From positions 7,422 to 71,421 of the forward strand of contig CACGVI010000002.1 of assembly GCA_902576605.1 (NCBI GenBank): 64,000 bases of DNA. The letters run 5' to 3'. How positions within the stretch are numbered: position 1 is the first letter of the stretch; every line of letters starts with the position of its first letter. The notes under the pieces were generated by a model, which saw nothing but the letters and a program-made list of their open reading frames with translations, was not told where the DNA came from and searched no databases. Below are positions 49,118 to 57,546 of the stretch, in pieces. Source of the stretch: an uncultured Candidatus Actinomarina sp. GTDB taxonomy: Bacteria > Actinomycetota > Acidimicrobiia > Actinomarinales > Actinomarinaceae. Both the position numbers and the translations under genes were made by a program.

Positions 49118-49846
49118 ATGCAAAGTAAAGTCACAATTCCTATTTTCATCAGAACATTTTTTCTATTTCCAATTTTTATGATATTTGTGTTATTTCCATT
49201 ATTGCTTTTAATTATCGTTGCTTCTTTTTTGCCTAATGGGAAATTAATAGCAACAAAGCTTTATGAATTTTTTGGTTGGGTTGGGCTTAAATTTGTAGGT
49301 ATAAAGCTTATTGTTATGGGTGCTGAAAAAATAGATTTAAATAAAAGTTATGTTGTAGTTTCAAATCATCCTTCTACTTTAGATATTTTTACACATATAA
49401 CCGCTTTACCTGTCTCAATAAGGTTTCTAACAAAAACTGAGCTGTTTAGGATCCCAGTGTTTGGAAGAGTATTAAAAGTTTTAGGACTACCTCGAATTGA
49501 TAGAAAAAATGCCAGCGCAAATTTCGAAAAAATTAATGACTCTATATCAAAAGTAATTAATAACAAGAACTCTATAATGATTTTCCCTGAAGGAAAAAGA
49601 AGTAACCAGAAAGATCTCCTCCCCTTTAAAAAAGGAGCTGCTTACATATCAAAAGATTTTCATCTGCCTATTATTCCAGTAGTTACTCATAATGCACATA
49701 ATCTTATGAGAAAAGGAGAGGTTTGGTTGAGAAGTGGTGAAATAACTATTGAGATATTAAACCCAATTGAAAATACCGAAGAAATTTCTGTAGAAGAATT
49801 AACAACAAAAATTTATAATTTAATCGATAAAAAACTAAAACTCTAA
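49118..49846 (+). CDS. plsC: 1-acyl-sn-glycerol-3-phosphate acyltransferase
   Basis: VSNHPSTLD (HX4D) and IFPEGKRS motifs, with an N-terminal TM helix. Confidence 0.8.
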   Translation: MQSKVTIPIFIRTFFLFPIFMIFVLFPLLLLIIVASFLPNGKLIATKLYEFFGWVGLKFVGIKLIVMGAEKIDLNKSYVVVSNHPSTLDIFTHITALPVSIRFLTKTELFRIPVFGRVLKVLGLPRIDRKNASANFEKINDSISKVINNKNSIMIFPEGKRSNQKDLLPFKKGAAYISKDFHLPIIPVVTHNAHNLMRKGEVWLRSGEITIEILNPIENTEEISVEELTTKIYNLIDKKLKL

Positions 49847-50380
49847 AAATCTATAAACATAATTTGTAATATTTTCAAAAACAGTTTGATTTTCTTCAAT
49901 TGAGGTATCTTCTTGGTGTTCCTTATTTGTAATCAAATGAAATTCTTCAAAAACTCTTAATCCATAATTCATTAATTGCGCACTCAGAATGTTAAAAGCA
50001 TTTTGAGCATTTCCACCACCACCTCTTACTGATGTAATTACGCCTACTGTTTTATCTTTAAACAGTGAATTATATCTATTTTCATCATAAGCAAGAGATA
50101 ACCAATCAAGAGTATTTTTTAAATGTGCTAAAAATCCTCCATTGTAAACTGGACTAAAAATAATAATCTTATCTGCACTTTCCAGAGATTTTCTCATTTC
50201 TAATATTTTTTTAGGAACATCTTTTTGATTGTCTACCAAAAATGGAATATTTTCATAAAGATTTTCATGAATTTCATTAGCCACAGCATTTTCATTTAGA
50301 AATTTGTTTAGCTTTTTTGCTAATTTGGTATTGTTTGAATCTTCACTAACTCCTGCGCTAAGAATTAATAATTTTGACAT
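49835..50380 (-). CDS. NAD(P)H-dependent FMN reductase (flavodoxin-like fold)
   Basis: 181 aa with LILSAGVSEDSNN and IIFSPVYNGG. Confidence 0.65.
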   Translation of the reverse strand: MSKLLILSAGVSEDSNNTKLAKKLNKFLNENAVANEIHENLYENIPFLVDNQKDVPKKILEMRKSLESADKIIIFSPVYNGGFLAHLKNTLDWLSLAYDENRYNSLFKDKTVGVITSVRGGGGNAQNAFNILSAQLMNYGLRVFEEFHLITNKEHQEDTSIEENQTVFENITNYVYRFLEF

Positions 50381-50408
50381 GATTTAAGTATGTAATTATG
50401 TTTGTTAT

Positions 50409-50744
50409 ATGGAAAGTGATAAATCAACTAATTTTTTTGAATTAGATATTCGTGTCGGAAAAATAATTAATGCAGAAATTTTCGAAGAAGCTAAAAAACC
50501 AGCTTACAAACTGACGATTGATTTTGGTGATTTAATCGGAACTAAAAAGACCAGTGCACAGATAACAAACTATAAATTAGATGAACTTCAAGAAAAGCCT
50601 TGTATAGCAGTTATAAATCTTGGAAATAAACAAATAGGACCATTTATGAGTGAGTGCTTAGTTTTAGGATCAATTTCTGAAAATGGAGATGTACTATTAC
50701 TTCAGCCATCCGGCAAAGCAGAGCTTGGAGACAAGGTTTCCTAA
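50409..50744 (+). CDS. CsaA/EMAP-type tRNA-binding domain protein
   Basis: 111 aa with LDIRVGKIINAEIFEEAKKPAYKLTIDFG. Confidence 0.75.
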   Translation: MESDKSTNFFELDIRVGKIINAEIFEEAKKPAYKLTIDFGDLIGTKKTSAQITNYKLDELQEKPCIAVINLGNKQIGPFMSECLVLGSISENGDVLLLQPSGKAELGDKVS

Positions 50745-51214
50745 CCTATTTTATTTTCGAAATACTTAGGATAAAATGTACCAACTCTTCTTCCAAGTTT
50801 TTCACCTTCATTATTAATCAATACATATGTTGGAGTGTTGTTTAAGTTATATATATCAATAAACTCATGATCTTTTTGCTTACTTGCATTTATAGAAACA
50901 AAATAAACATCTGGATTTTTCTTTTTAAATTCATCAACTATGAATTTTGAAGCAGTGCAACCTAGTCAGTAGTCTGAGTAAAACTCAATTATTGAATATT
51001 TGTAATCTGAAATATTATAAGAGTCATCAACCATACTTCTATTTGATGTATAAAAAATAAGGAATCCAAATATACCTAAAACAAATAAACTAAGAAAATA
51101 TAGAACAGTTATTGGCTCATAAGCAACAAAAATGATAGCGAGTCCGATAACCCATCCTGTGGGAAGATAAAGCAAACTATACCTGTTTAATATCCTAAGA
51201 AACTTTTTTTTCAT
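50741..51214 (-). CDS. two-TM thioredoxin-fold protein with in-frame TGA at the first active-site Cys (candidate UxxC selenoprotein, otherwise a very recent pseudogene)
   Basis: The track ORF 50966..51316 stops at TGA 50968..50966. The same frame continues for 74 more codons to TAG 50743..50741. The joined sequence is ...YSIIEFYSDY-[TGA]-LGCTASKFIVDEFKKKNPDVYFVSINASKQKDHEFIDIYNLNNTPTYVLINNEGEKLGRRVG... This is a complete Trx fold including the cis-Pro TPT. The likely start is MKKKF at 51214. Confidence 0.6.
50927..50947 (-). promoter_or_regulatory. SECIS-like stem-loop 18 nt downstream of the in-frame UGA
   Basis: Reverse strand: AAAUUCAU-AGUUG-AUGAAUUU. An 8 bp perfect stem with a 5-nt loop containing GU. 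Confidence 0.35.
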
Positions 51215-51248
51215 AATTTTGCCCGTCAAACATATAATATACTTGAAT

Positions 51249-51659
51249 ATGGATTTCGTTAATGAATTACGAAAAAGAGGTAAAAGAATAACTAATGCAA
51301 GAGAAGTTGTTTGCAAAATTCTTGAAACATCTGGGCATAAACATTTTACTGTTGAAGAGCTACATAAACTTTCATTAAAAAAAGATAAAAATATTGACTT
51401 AGCTACTGTTTACAGAACTCTAGAACTTTTAGAAAATATAAATCTAATTGAACATTCCCACCAGGTACACGGGTCAGGATTATATTTTGTAAAAGATGTA
51501 CATTCAAATATACATATTGTGTGTGAGTCATGTGGAGACATTTCAGATCTTGATATAAAAACATCTAAAAAAGTAAATGATCTATTAACTAGTAGAACAA
51601 ATTTTAGAGAGATAACAAATCACTTCGTATACTCAGGATATTGCAAAAAATGTAAATAA
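51249..51659 (+). CDS. Fur-family metalloregulator (Fur/Zur/PerR/Nur type not resolved)
   Basis: 136 aa from ATG 51249 with a winged-helix N-terminus (RITNAREVVCKILE), HSHQVHG, CESCGD and CKKCK. The track start 51219 is an upstream TTG. Confidence 0.75.
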   Translation: MDFVNELRKRGKRITNAREVVCKILETSGHKHFTVEELHKLSLKKDKNIDLATVYRTLELLENINLIEHSHQVHGSGLYFVKDVHSNIHIVCESCGDISDLDIKTSKKVNDLLTSRTNFREITNHFVYSGYCKKCK

Positions 51660-51668
51660 ATCTTTTAT

Positions 51669-51683
51669 TGCAAATTATTTGCA
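51669..51683. promoter_or_regulatory. perfect 7-1-7 inverted repeat TGCAAAT-T-ATTTGCA (candidate Fur-family operator)
   Basis: Read directly. It lies between the Fur-family stop (51659) and the cbiQ-like ATG (51699). A 1-nt spacer rules out an RNA hairpin. Confidence 0.5.
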
Positions 51684-51698
51684 TTAAGATATACAAAT

Positions 51699-52463
51699 AT
51701 GGAAACATCCCATTCTCATCATTTAGAAACTCATAGTGACTCTTATTTAGTAAAAATCAAACCCGAAATAAAATTACTTTCCTTTTTTGCAATTATTCTC
51801 TCTATTGCCTTCTTGAGTTTAGAAAACAATATTTCGGTTGTATTTCAAGCAGTAATAGTTGCGGGTTTATTGATTGTTTCAAAATTACAACTTAAAACTT
51901 ATTTAAAAAGGCTTTCAATAGATATACCATTTATATTGTTTGCCTTATTTTTGCCATTTGTTAGTAAAGGGAATGGAGAAATCTTAACAAGTTTTTTTAA
52001 TTTCAGTATTTATAAGACTGGTGTTGATGAAATGGTATCAATTCTCATAAAAATCACTCTTTGTGTCACATTGGCAATTGTTCTTACTGCTACAACGTCT
52101 AATATCGAAATAATATATGGATTACAGAAGCTTAAAGTATCCCCTTTGTTAATTTCTATATTTTCTTTTGCAATTAGATACATTGATGTATTCATTGACG
52201 AGGTAAAAAGAGTAAAAATATCAATGCGCTCAAGAGGTTATTCTGAAAAAGGAATAAAAACACTTAAACCCCTTGCTTTTGCATCTGGTGCCTTATTGAT
52301 TAGGGGGTATGAAAGAGGAGAAAGGGTTTATAATTCTATGATTTCTAGGGGCTTTAAAGGAACGTTAGAGCTAGAAGCACGAGAGTTTAATTCATCTAAT
52401 TTAATTCTTCTAATTTCCATATTTTCAATTGTAATTTGTATTGTAGATAGGTTCGTTTTATGA
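51699..52463 (+). CDS. ECF-transporter transmembrane (T) component, CbiQ/EcfT family
   Basis: 254 aa polytopic protein with the conserved cytoplasmic MRSRGYS...RGYERGERVY segments. It is coupled to the next gene by an ATGA overlap. Confidence 0.7.
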   Translation: METSHSHHLETHSDSYLVKIKPEIKLLSFFAIILSIAFLSLENNISVVFQAVIVAGLLIVSKLQLKTYLKRLSIDIPFILFALFLPFVSKGNGEILTSFFNFSIYKTGVDEMVSILIKITLCVTLAIVLTATTSNIEIIYGLQKLKVSPLLISIFSFAIRYIDVFIDEVKRVKISMRSRGYSEKGIKTLKPLAFASGALLIRGYERGERVYNSMISRGFKGTLELEAREFNSSNLILLISIFSIVICIVDRFVL

Positions 52464-53206
52464 ATCAGGAATACCTCAATGTAGATAACTTAAGTTTTGA
52501 ATATCCAGATGGATTTAAAGCTCTTGAAAATATAAATCTAAGTTTATCAAAAGGTGAAAGGCTTGCTGTATTAGGCCCTAATGGAGCAGGTAAAACTACT
52601 CTAATTCTTCATTTGAACGGGATTCTAGGTGATTTAAACGGGCAAATTTCATTAAATAATAAAGATTTTTCAGAAGAAAATATTTCAAAAATTAGAAAAT
52701 CTGTAGGTTTAGTTTTCCAGGATCCTGATGATCAACTATTTATGCCAACCGTGTTAGAAGATGTCATGTTTGGACCAAAAAATTTTGGATTCAGTGATGA
52801 GTTAGTAAAGAAAAATTCAATCAACGCACTCGAACAAGTTAAGATGTTGCAGTTTAAAAACAAACCACCACACCATTTAAGCTTTGGTCAAAAAAGAAAA
52901 GTGGCAATAGCAAGTGTTCTGGCTTCAGAGCCTGAATTACTAGTTTTAGATGAACCTAGTTCTAATTTAGATCCTGCTTCTAGGAGAGAACTAATAGATA
53001 TACTTAAAAATTTAAATGTATCAATTATCCTTGTTACGCATGATTTACCAATGGCGTTGGAAATTTGTAATAGAAGTGTAATTTTAAACAACGGTAAAAT
53101 TACTGCAGATGATGACACTTATAAAATTCTTAAAAACGAGAAAATTATGTCAGACAACAGGTTGGAATTACCTTTTGGATTTGCCCTTCATCATTTAGAA
53201 GAGTGA
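52460..53206 (+). CDS. ECF-transporter ATPase (CbiO/EcfA family)
   Basis: GPNGAGKTT, LSFGQKRKVAIA and LVLDEPSSNLD. Confidence 0.85.
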   Translation: MNQEYLNVDNLSFEYPDGFKALENINLSLSKGERLAVLGPNGAGKTTLILHLNGILGDLNGQISLNNKDFSEENISKIRKSVGLVFQDPDDQLFMPTVLEDVMFGPKNFGFSDELVKKNSINALEQVKMLQFKNKPPHHLSFGQKRKVAIASVLASEPELLVLDEPSSNLDPASRRELIDILKNLNVSIILVTHDLPMALEICNRSVILNNGKITADDDTYKILKNEKIMSDNRLELPFGFALHHLEE

Positions 53207-54204
53207 AATTCTGAGGACTTAATATATTCAGCTATGTTATCAATAGCCTCAAATGCTTCCTTAATTGGAAAAAAGTGCCATGCATGCCAAAGCTTATCCC
53301 ATGTTTGAAGTTGTACGTTTGTATTCTTATCTCTTAATTTTTTCACAAATTCAATTGCATCATTGTAAAGTAATTCATCGGAACAGACTTGAATTAAAGT
53401 ATCTGGAAAATTATTAATATCTGCATAAACTGGTGACAGTATTGGGTTAGTAGTGCCATACTCTCCCGCATAAAACTCTCCAACCTCAAACATTCCCTCA
53501 ATAATTATTGTTACGTCTCTGTTTTTAAGAAATCTTTTATCTTGAAACCCATCTGACAAATCTAGCCAAGGTGATAGCAAAATGAGATTGTCAGGATTAT
53601 ATACAAACCCATCATCAACCACAAGGTCTGTAGCTAGGCCTCCCCCAGCTGACTCGCCTATCCAAATTGATTGTTCGTCTTTGTGAAGGTTGTCAATAAA
53701 TTCTATAGCTATCTTTGCATCTTCATGGGCAGCAGGAAAATTATGTTCTGGACTAAGCCTATATTCAAAAAAATAAGTTACTAAATTAGATTTTTGAGAA
53801 ACGATTGAAACAAAATTTTTATGGGATTTAATACTCCCTGCAAAATAACCTCCTCCATGAAAATAAACCCCATACTTTCCACCCTCTGCATTTTTTGGTG
53901 TGAATTTATAAATTTTTACAGGAGAATCTTTAAGTTCTTCTATTTGAACTTCATCATTAAAAGGCAAAATTCTTTCACCTGAATTATTGAGGTTTGCTCT
54001 TGAATCAATAGCATAATCTAGACGATCCTGGAATGTAGGATTTTTTCTTGTTACGTCGAGCCTTATTCGATCACGGATTTTTCTAAGTTTTAATATGTTT
54101 ACATACAAAGGTGTCCTAACAAACAACGGAAGTTTTGGAATGATTTCAATCGTAAATTTTTCAAGAATTAAAGCTAATAAACTTGCCATGTTTAAATTAT
54201 ACAC
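53191..54204 (-). CDS. alpha/beta hydrolase, hormone-sensitive-lipase-type esterase
   Basis: HGGGYFAGS oxyanion motif and the GESAGGG nucleophile elbow. Confidence 0.75.
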   Translation of the reverse strand: MYNLNMASLLALILEKFTIEIIPKLPLFVRTPLYVNILKLRKIRDRIRLDVTRKNPTFQDRLDYAIDSRANLNNSGERILPFNDEVQIEELKDSPVKIYKFTPKNAEGGKYGVYFHGGGYFAGSIKSHKNFVSIVSQKSNLVTYFFEYRLSPEHNFPAAHEDAKIAIEFIDNLHKDEQSIWIGESAGGGLATDLVVDDGFVYNPDNLILLSPWLDLSDGFQDKRFLKNRDVTIIIEGMFEVGEFYAGEYGTTNPILSPVYADINNFPDTLIQVCSDELLYNDAIEFVKKLRDKNTNVQLQTWDKLWHAWHFFPIKEAFEAIDNIAEYIKSSEFHSSK

Positions 54205-54240
54205 CTTTAGTTGTGTACAAAAAAAATATATAATAGATTC

Positions 54241-55320
54241 ATGAAAAACGCTGCAGGGTCATTGGCTATTTTAGGGTCTGGAGAAACAAGCCCTAACTTA
54301 GTTAGTGTGCATAGAGAACTTCTTAATGGATTAAATGATTCTTCAGACATTTTTATGATTGACTCACCATTTGGATTTCAAGAAAATGCTAATCAGCTCG
54401 TTGAAAAAATTATAAATTTTTACAAAGTTAGTTTAAACGTTGATATGAAATTAGCTACTTACAGAAAAATTGAAGAATTGCATTCAAAATCATTCTTTAA
54501 ATCAATTCAATTATTAGAAAATGCTTCATTTATTTTTGCTGGACCTGGAAGCCCTAGCTATGCAAGCAAGCTTTGGTACGGTAATGAATTTCAACAAACT
54601 TTAAGAAATCATCTTATAAATGGTAACAACAGTTTATTTGCAAGTGCAGCAGCCTCTACTCTCGGAGAGTATACCTTGCCTGTCTACGAAATTTATAAAG
54701 TAGGTCAAGACCCTTATTGGGAAAAGGGGTTGAATATTTTAGATGTTTATGGTTTGTCTTGTACGGTAATTCCTCACTTTAATAATGCAGAGGGTGAAAA
54801 TCATGATACAAGCTTTAGTTATGTTGGTGAAAATAGAATGAAAACTCTTTTAGAAAACTCTTACTCAAACATTCTTGGTATCGATGAACATACTGCGCTA
54901 ATAATTTCTGGAAAAAAAGAAACATTCAAAGTTGTCGGATTAGGTAATGTAACTATTTTAAACAATGAAGGAACTCATGTTTTTGAAAAAGATTCTGAAG
55001 AAAGTTTGAGTAAATTACAAAAACTTCTGATTTCTGACAAAAAAAGCTCAGTCAAAGTAATAGATAGTAAGGCAACTGAAGTAAATTCTGCAGATAAAAC
55101 TACTCTAAAAGAAATTGCTAATTTAGAAATTCAAATAGAGTCTAATAAAAAAAATAATGAGCGTTTCGAAATGTTAGTTGAAAATCTAATATTACTTAGA
55201 TCAAAGTTAAGAAATGAAAAAAAATATGAGCTTTCTGATCAAGTTAGAGATATATTAGAATCTTCTGGTTTACAGATAGAAGATTCTGAACAAGGCATTC
55301 AATGGAAAGTTACTGAATAG
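54241..55320 (+). CDS. hypothetical two-domain protein with a C-terminal segment resembling the CysRS C-terminal tail
   Basis: 359 aa from ATG 54241. The N-terminal domain (ILGSGETSP, FAGPGSPSY, IPHFNNAEGENHD) is unassigned. The C-terminal LRSKLRNEKKYELSDQVRDILESSGLQIEDSEQGIQWKV resembles the R..K.....AD.IRD.L...GI.LED...G..W tail of cysteinyl-tRNA synthetases (from memory). Confidence 0.4.
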   Translation: MKNAAGSLAILGSGETSPNLVSVHRELLNGLNDSSDIFMIDSPFGFQENANQLVEKIINFYKVSLNVDMKLATYRKIEELHSKSFFKSIQLLENASFIFAGPGSPSYASKLWYGNEFQQTLRNHLINGNNSLFASAAASTLGEYTLPVYEIYKVGQDPYWEKGLNILDVYGLSCTVIPHFNNAEGENHDTSFSYVGENRMKTLLENSYSNILGIDEHTALIISGKKETFKVVGLGNVTILNNEGTHVFEKDSEESLSKLQKLLISDKKSSVKVIDSKATEVNSADKTTLKEIANLEIQIESNKKNNERFEMLVENLILLRSKLRNEKKYELSDQVRDILESSGLQIEDSEQGIQWKVTE

Positions 55321-56131
55321 CTTTTGGATAATGCCCTAATAACTTAAATTCTTTAGAGACTTTAATTATTTTTTCCTCAAGCTCAGATTGTTTTTCCAAG
55401 TTTTCTAATTCATAATCTATATAAAATTTGTACTCCCAAGGCCTTCCAAGTATTGGTCGTGATTCAAGTTTTGTAAGGTTTATATCAAGTTCACTAAAAA
55501 TATTCAAAGACTGCAATAACGAACCTGGCTTATCATCAGATATGAGTACTGATGAAACCTTGTTTTTAATTTGTTTCTGTTCTAAATCTATATCTCCAAT
55601 TAAAAGGAATCTTGTATAATTTTCTTCATGATTTGATATATTTTTTTCTAAAATCAGAAATCTTTCATCGCTTTCAAAATGTTCACCGGCTATCGCAGCT
55701 GTAGTGATTTCATTTTTTTCTAAAATTTCAAATACACTTCCCGCTGTATCAAAGACTGGAGTGATTATGAACTTATGCTTTTGTATAAACTTGCTGCACT
55801 GCTGTAATGCCTGTGGGTGAGAAATAACATTTGTAATATTTGACATATCTGAACCGACTAAGCCAATTAAACTATGGTTAATTCTATGTACATATTCAGC
55901 AAATATTTTTAAACCACTGTCTATAAGCTCTTCGTATGCTTCATTCACAGTACCTGCAATTGAATTTTCAACAGGCAATAACCCAATGCCAGAATCAGAT
56001 TTTACATAAGAAATTAACTCAGTAAATGTCTCAGTTGGATGATAAAGATAATCTGGATATTCTTTTTTTAAAAGTTCTTCTGAATATGAGCCAGATGAAC
56101 CTTGGTAAGCAATTATTTTTTTACTGTTCAT
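55310..56131 (-). CDS. pheA: prephenate dehydratase with C-terminal ACT domain
   Basis: IAYQGSSGSYSE, TRFLLIG and LTKLESRP. The start is taken at the internal Met (56131) rather than track 56176. Confidence 0.85.
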   Translation of the reverse strand: MNSKKIIAYQGSSGSYSEELLKKEYPDYLYHPTETFTELISYVKSDSGIGLLPVENSIAGTVNEAYEELIDSGLKIFAEYVHRINHSLIGLVGSDMSNITNVISHPQALQQCSKFIQKHKFIITPVFDTAGSVFEILEKNEITTAAIAGEHFESDERFLILEKNISNHEENYTRFLLIGDIDLEQKQIKNKVSSVLISDDKPGSLLQSLNIFSELDINLTKLESRPILGRPWEYKFYIDYELENLEKQSELEEKIIKVSKEFKLLGHYPKAIQ

Positions 56132-56558
56132 TAATATACTCCAGTGCTTCAATATATCCCTGCACACCTCTTCCAATAATTGATTTATTACAAATATCAG
56201 AAATTAAGTTTATTTTTCTAAATTCTTCTCTTTGATTTATATCTGAAATATGTACTTCAACTATTTCATTTTTTTGTGAGTAAGTCTGCAAAGCGTCTCT
56301 TATTGCAATACTTGTATGTGTGTACGCACCAGGGTTAATCACAATCCATGTTTTTTCATTATTAACTAGATTTTGTATATAATTTACAATTTCGCCTTCA
56401 ATATTTGATTGAAAAAAATCAGTTTTGATTTTTAACTTTTTAGCTTTAGAATCTACTAAATTTTTTAACTCATCAAAACTTGTGGAGCCGTATTGTGTAA
56501 TTTCTCTTATACCTAAAAAATTTAGATTGGGACCATTGATAATGTATATATTTTTAAT
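56121..56558 (-). CDS. aroQ: type II 3-dehydroquinate dehydratase, probable ATT start
   Basis: The track shows only the C-terminal 73 aa from an internal GTG. The frame is open back to TGA 56567..56565. It encodes IKNIYIINGPNLNFLGIREITQYG...FFQSNIEGEIVNYIQ...WIVINPGAYTHTSIAIRDAL, a full AroQ. There is no ATG/GTG/TTG upstream. GAGGTGAT (56571..56564) lies 5 nt before ATT 56558..56556. Confidence 0.8.
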   Translation of the reverse strand: MKNIYIINGPNLNFLGIREITQYGSTSFDELKNLVDSKAKKLKIKTDFFQSNIEGEIVNYIQNLVNNEKTWIVINPGAYTHTSIAIRDALQTYSQKNEIVEVHISDINQREEFRKINLISDICNKSIIGRGVQGYIEALEYINEQ

Positions 56559-57546
56559 TTTGAATCACCTCAATCAATTCATCAAAACTTATACTAATTA
56601 AATTAGGTTGTGATATATCTGACAATAAAACAATATCTATAGAATCAGATTTACTTTTTTTATCATCTTTTAAAATTTCTAATAAGTAATCGATACTGTT
56701 TTCAAATTCATATGATTTCTTAAAATCGAGTTTTTCTAGATACGATATATATAAATCAATAACCTCTTGTGGTAATCCAAAATATTCTTTAGATAGTTCG
56801 AGTTCATAAATCATTCCTATAGCAATTGCTTCACCGTGTGATAAATTGAACTTTGAATCTTGCTCAATTAAGTGGCCTATTGTGTGTCCGAAATTTAAAT
56901 ATTTCCTTTTTCCGATTTCTAAGTAATCTTCTTTTACGATATCTTCTTTGATTTGTATTCCTTTTTTGATTGTCTTAGTATCTATTTTGAAATTTTCTGT
57001 AGAAACCAATGTATTAAATATTTCTTTACTTCCAATTAGTCCGTGTTTTATAAGCTCAATTAATCCATCTTTATAATCATTGTCTTTCAATGTGTTGAGA
57101 AGTTCAAAACACACAACAACACTCTTTGGCAAATTAAAAGTTCCAATCTGGTTTTTTCCATAAACATTATTAAAACCGTTTTTCCCTCCATGAGATGCAT
57201 CAACCATCGCTAATAAAGTAGATGGAACTAATGTGAAGGCAACACCCCTTTTATATGTACTTGCAGCAAAAGAGCAGAGATCGAGCAAAACCCCACCTCC
57301 AATAATTACTACTTCATCTGATCTATTTAAATTTGATAAAAACATTATTTCCCAAATTTTTTCAATTGTTTCTAAATTTTTTGTTTCTTCAGAAACTTCA
57401 AGATATACATGGCTTGCCTTAAAGCTGCTATGTAATTGAAATTGCTCGAGAGCAGAATCCAAAATAATTAAGCTCTCATTTGGTAAATCTCCATTAATAT
57501 GTTTGATTAATTCTTCAGTGCTGTTTAAGTAAATATTTTTAGACAT
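56554..57546 (-). CDS. aroB: 3-dehydroquinate synthase
   Basis: IIGGGVLLDLCSFAAS and NFGHTIGHLIE...HGEAIAIGM. Confidence 0.9.
   Translation of the reverse strand: MSKNIYLNSTEELIKHINGDLPNESLIILDSALEQFQLHSSFKASHVYLEVSEETKNLETIEKIWEIMFLSNLNRSDEVVIIGGGVLLDLCSFAASTYKRGVAFTLVPSTLLAMVDASHGGKNGFNNVYGKNQIGTFNLPKSVVVCFELLNTLKDNDYKDGLIELIKHGLIGSKEIFNTLVSTENFKIDTKTIKKGIQIKEDIVKEDYLEIGKRKYLNFGHTIGHLIEQDSKFNLSHGEAIAIGMIYELELSKEYFGLPQEVIDLYISYLEKLDFKKSYEFENSIDYLLEILKDDKKSKSDSIDIVLLSDISQPNLISISFDELIEVIQN

Noticed and set aside
50966-51316. The 116-aa track ORF treated as a complete stand-alone membrane protein.
   Set aside because: It would end one residue before a CxxC-type motif, and the rest of the thioredoxin fold continues in the same frame. 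It is treated instead as one gene with an internal TGA.
56121-56342. The 73-aa track ORF treated as a stand-alone gene.
   Set aside because: It is the C-terminal half of AroQ, starting at an internal Val codon. The N-terminal half is in the same open frame upstream.
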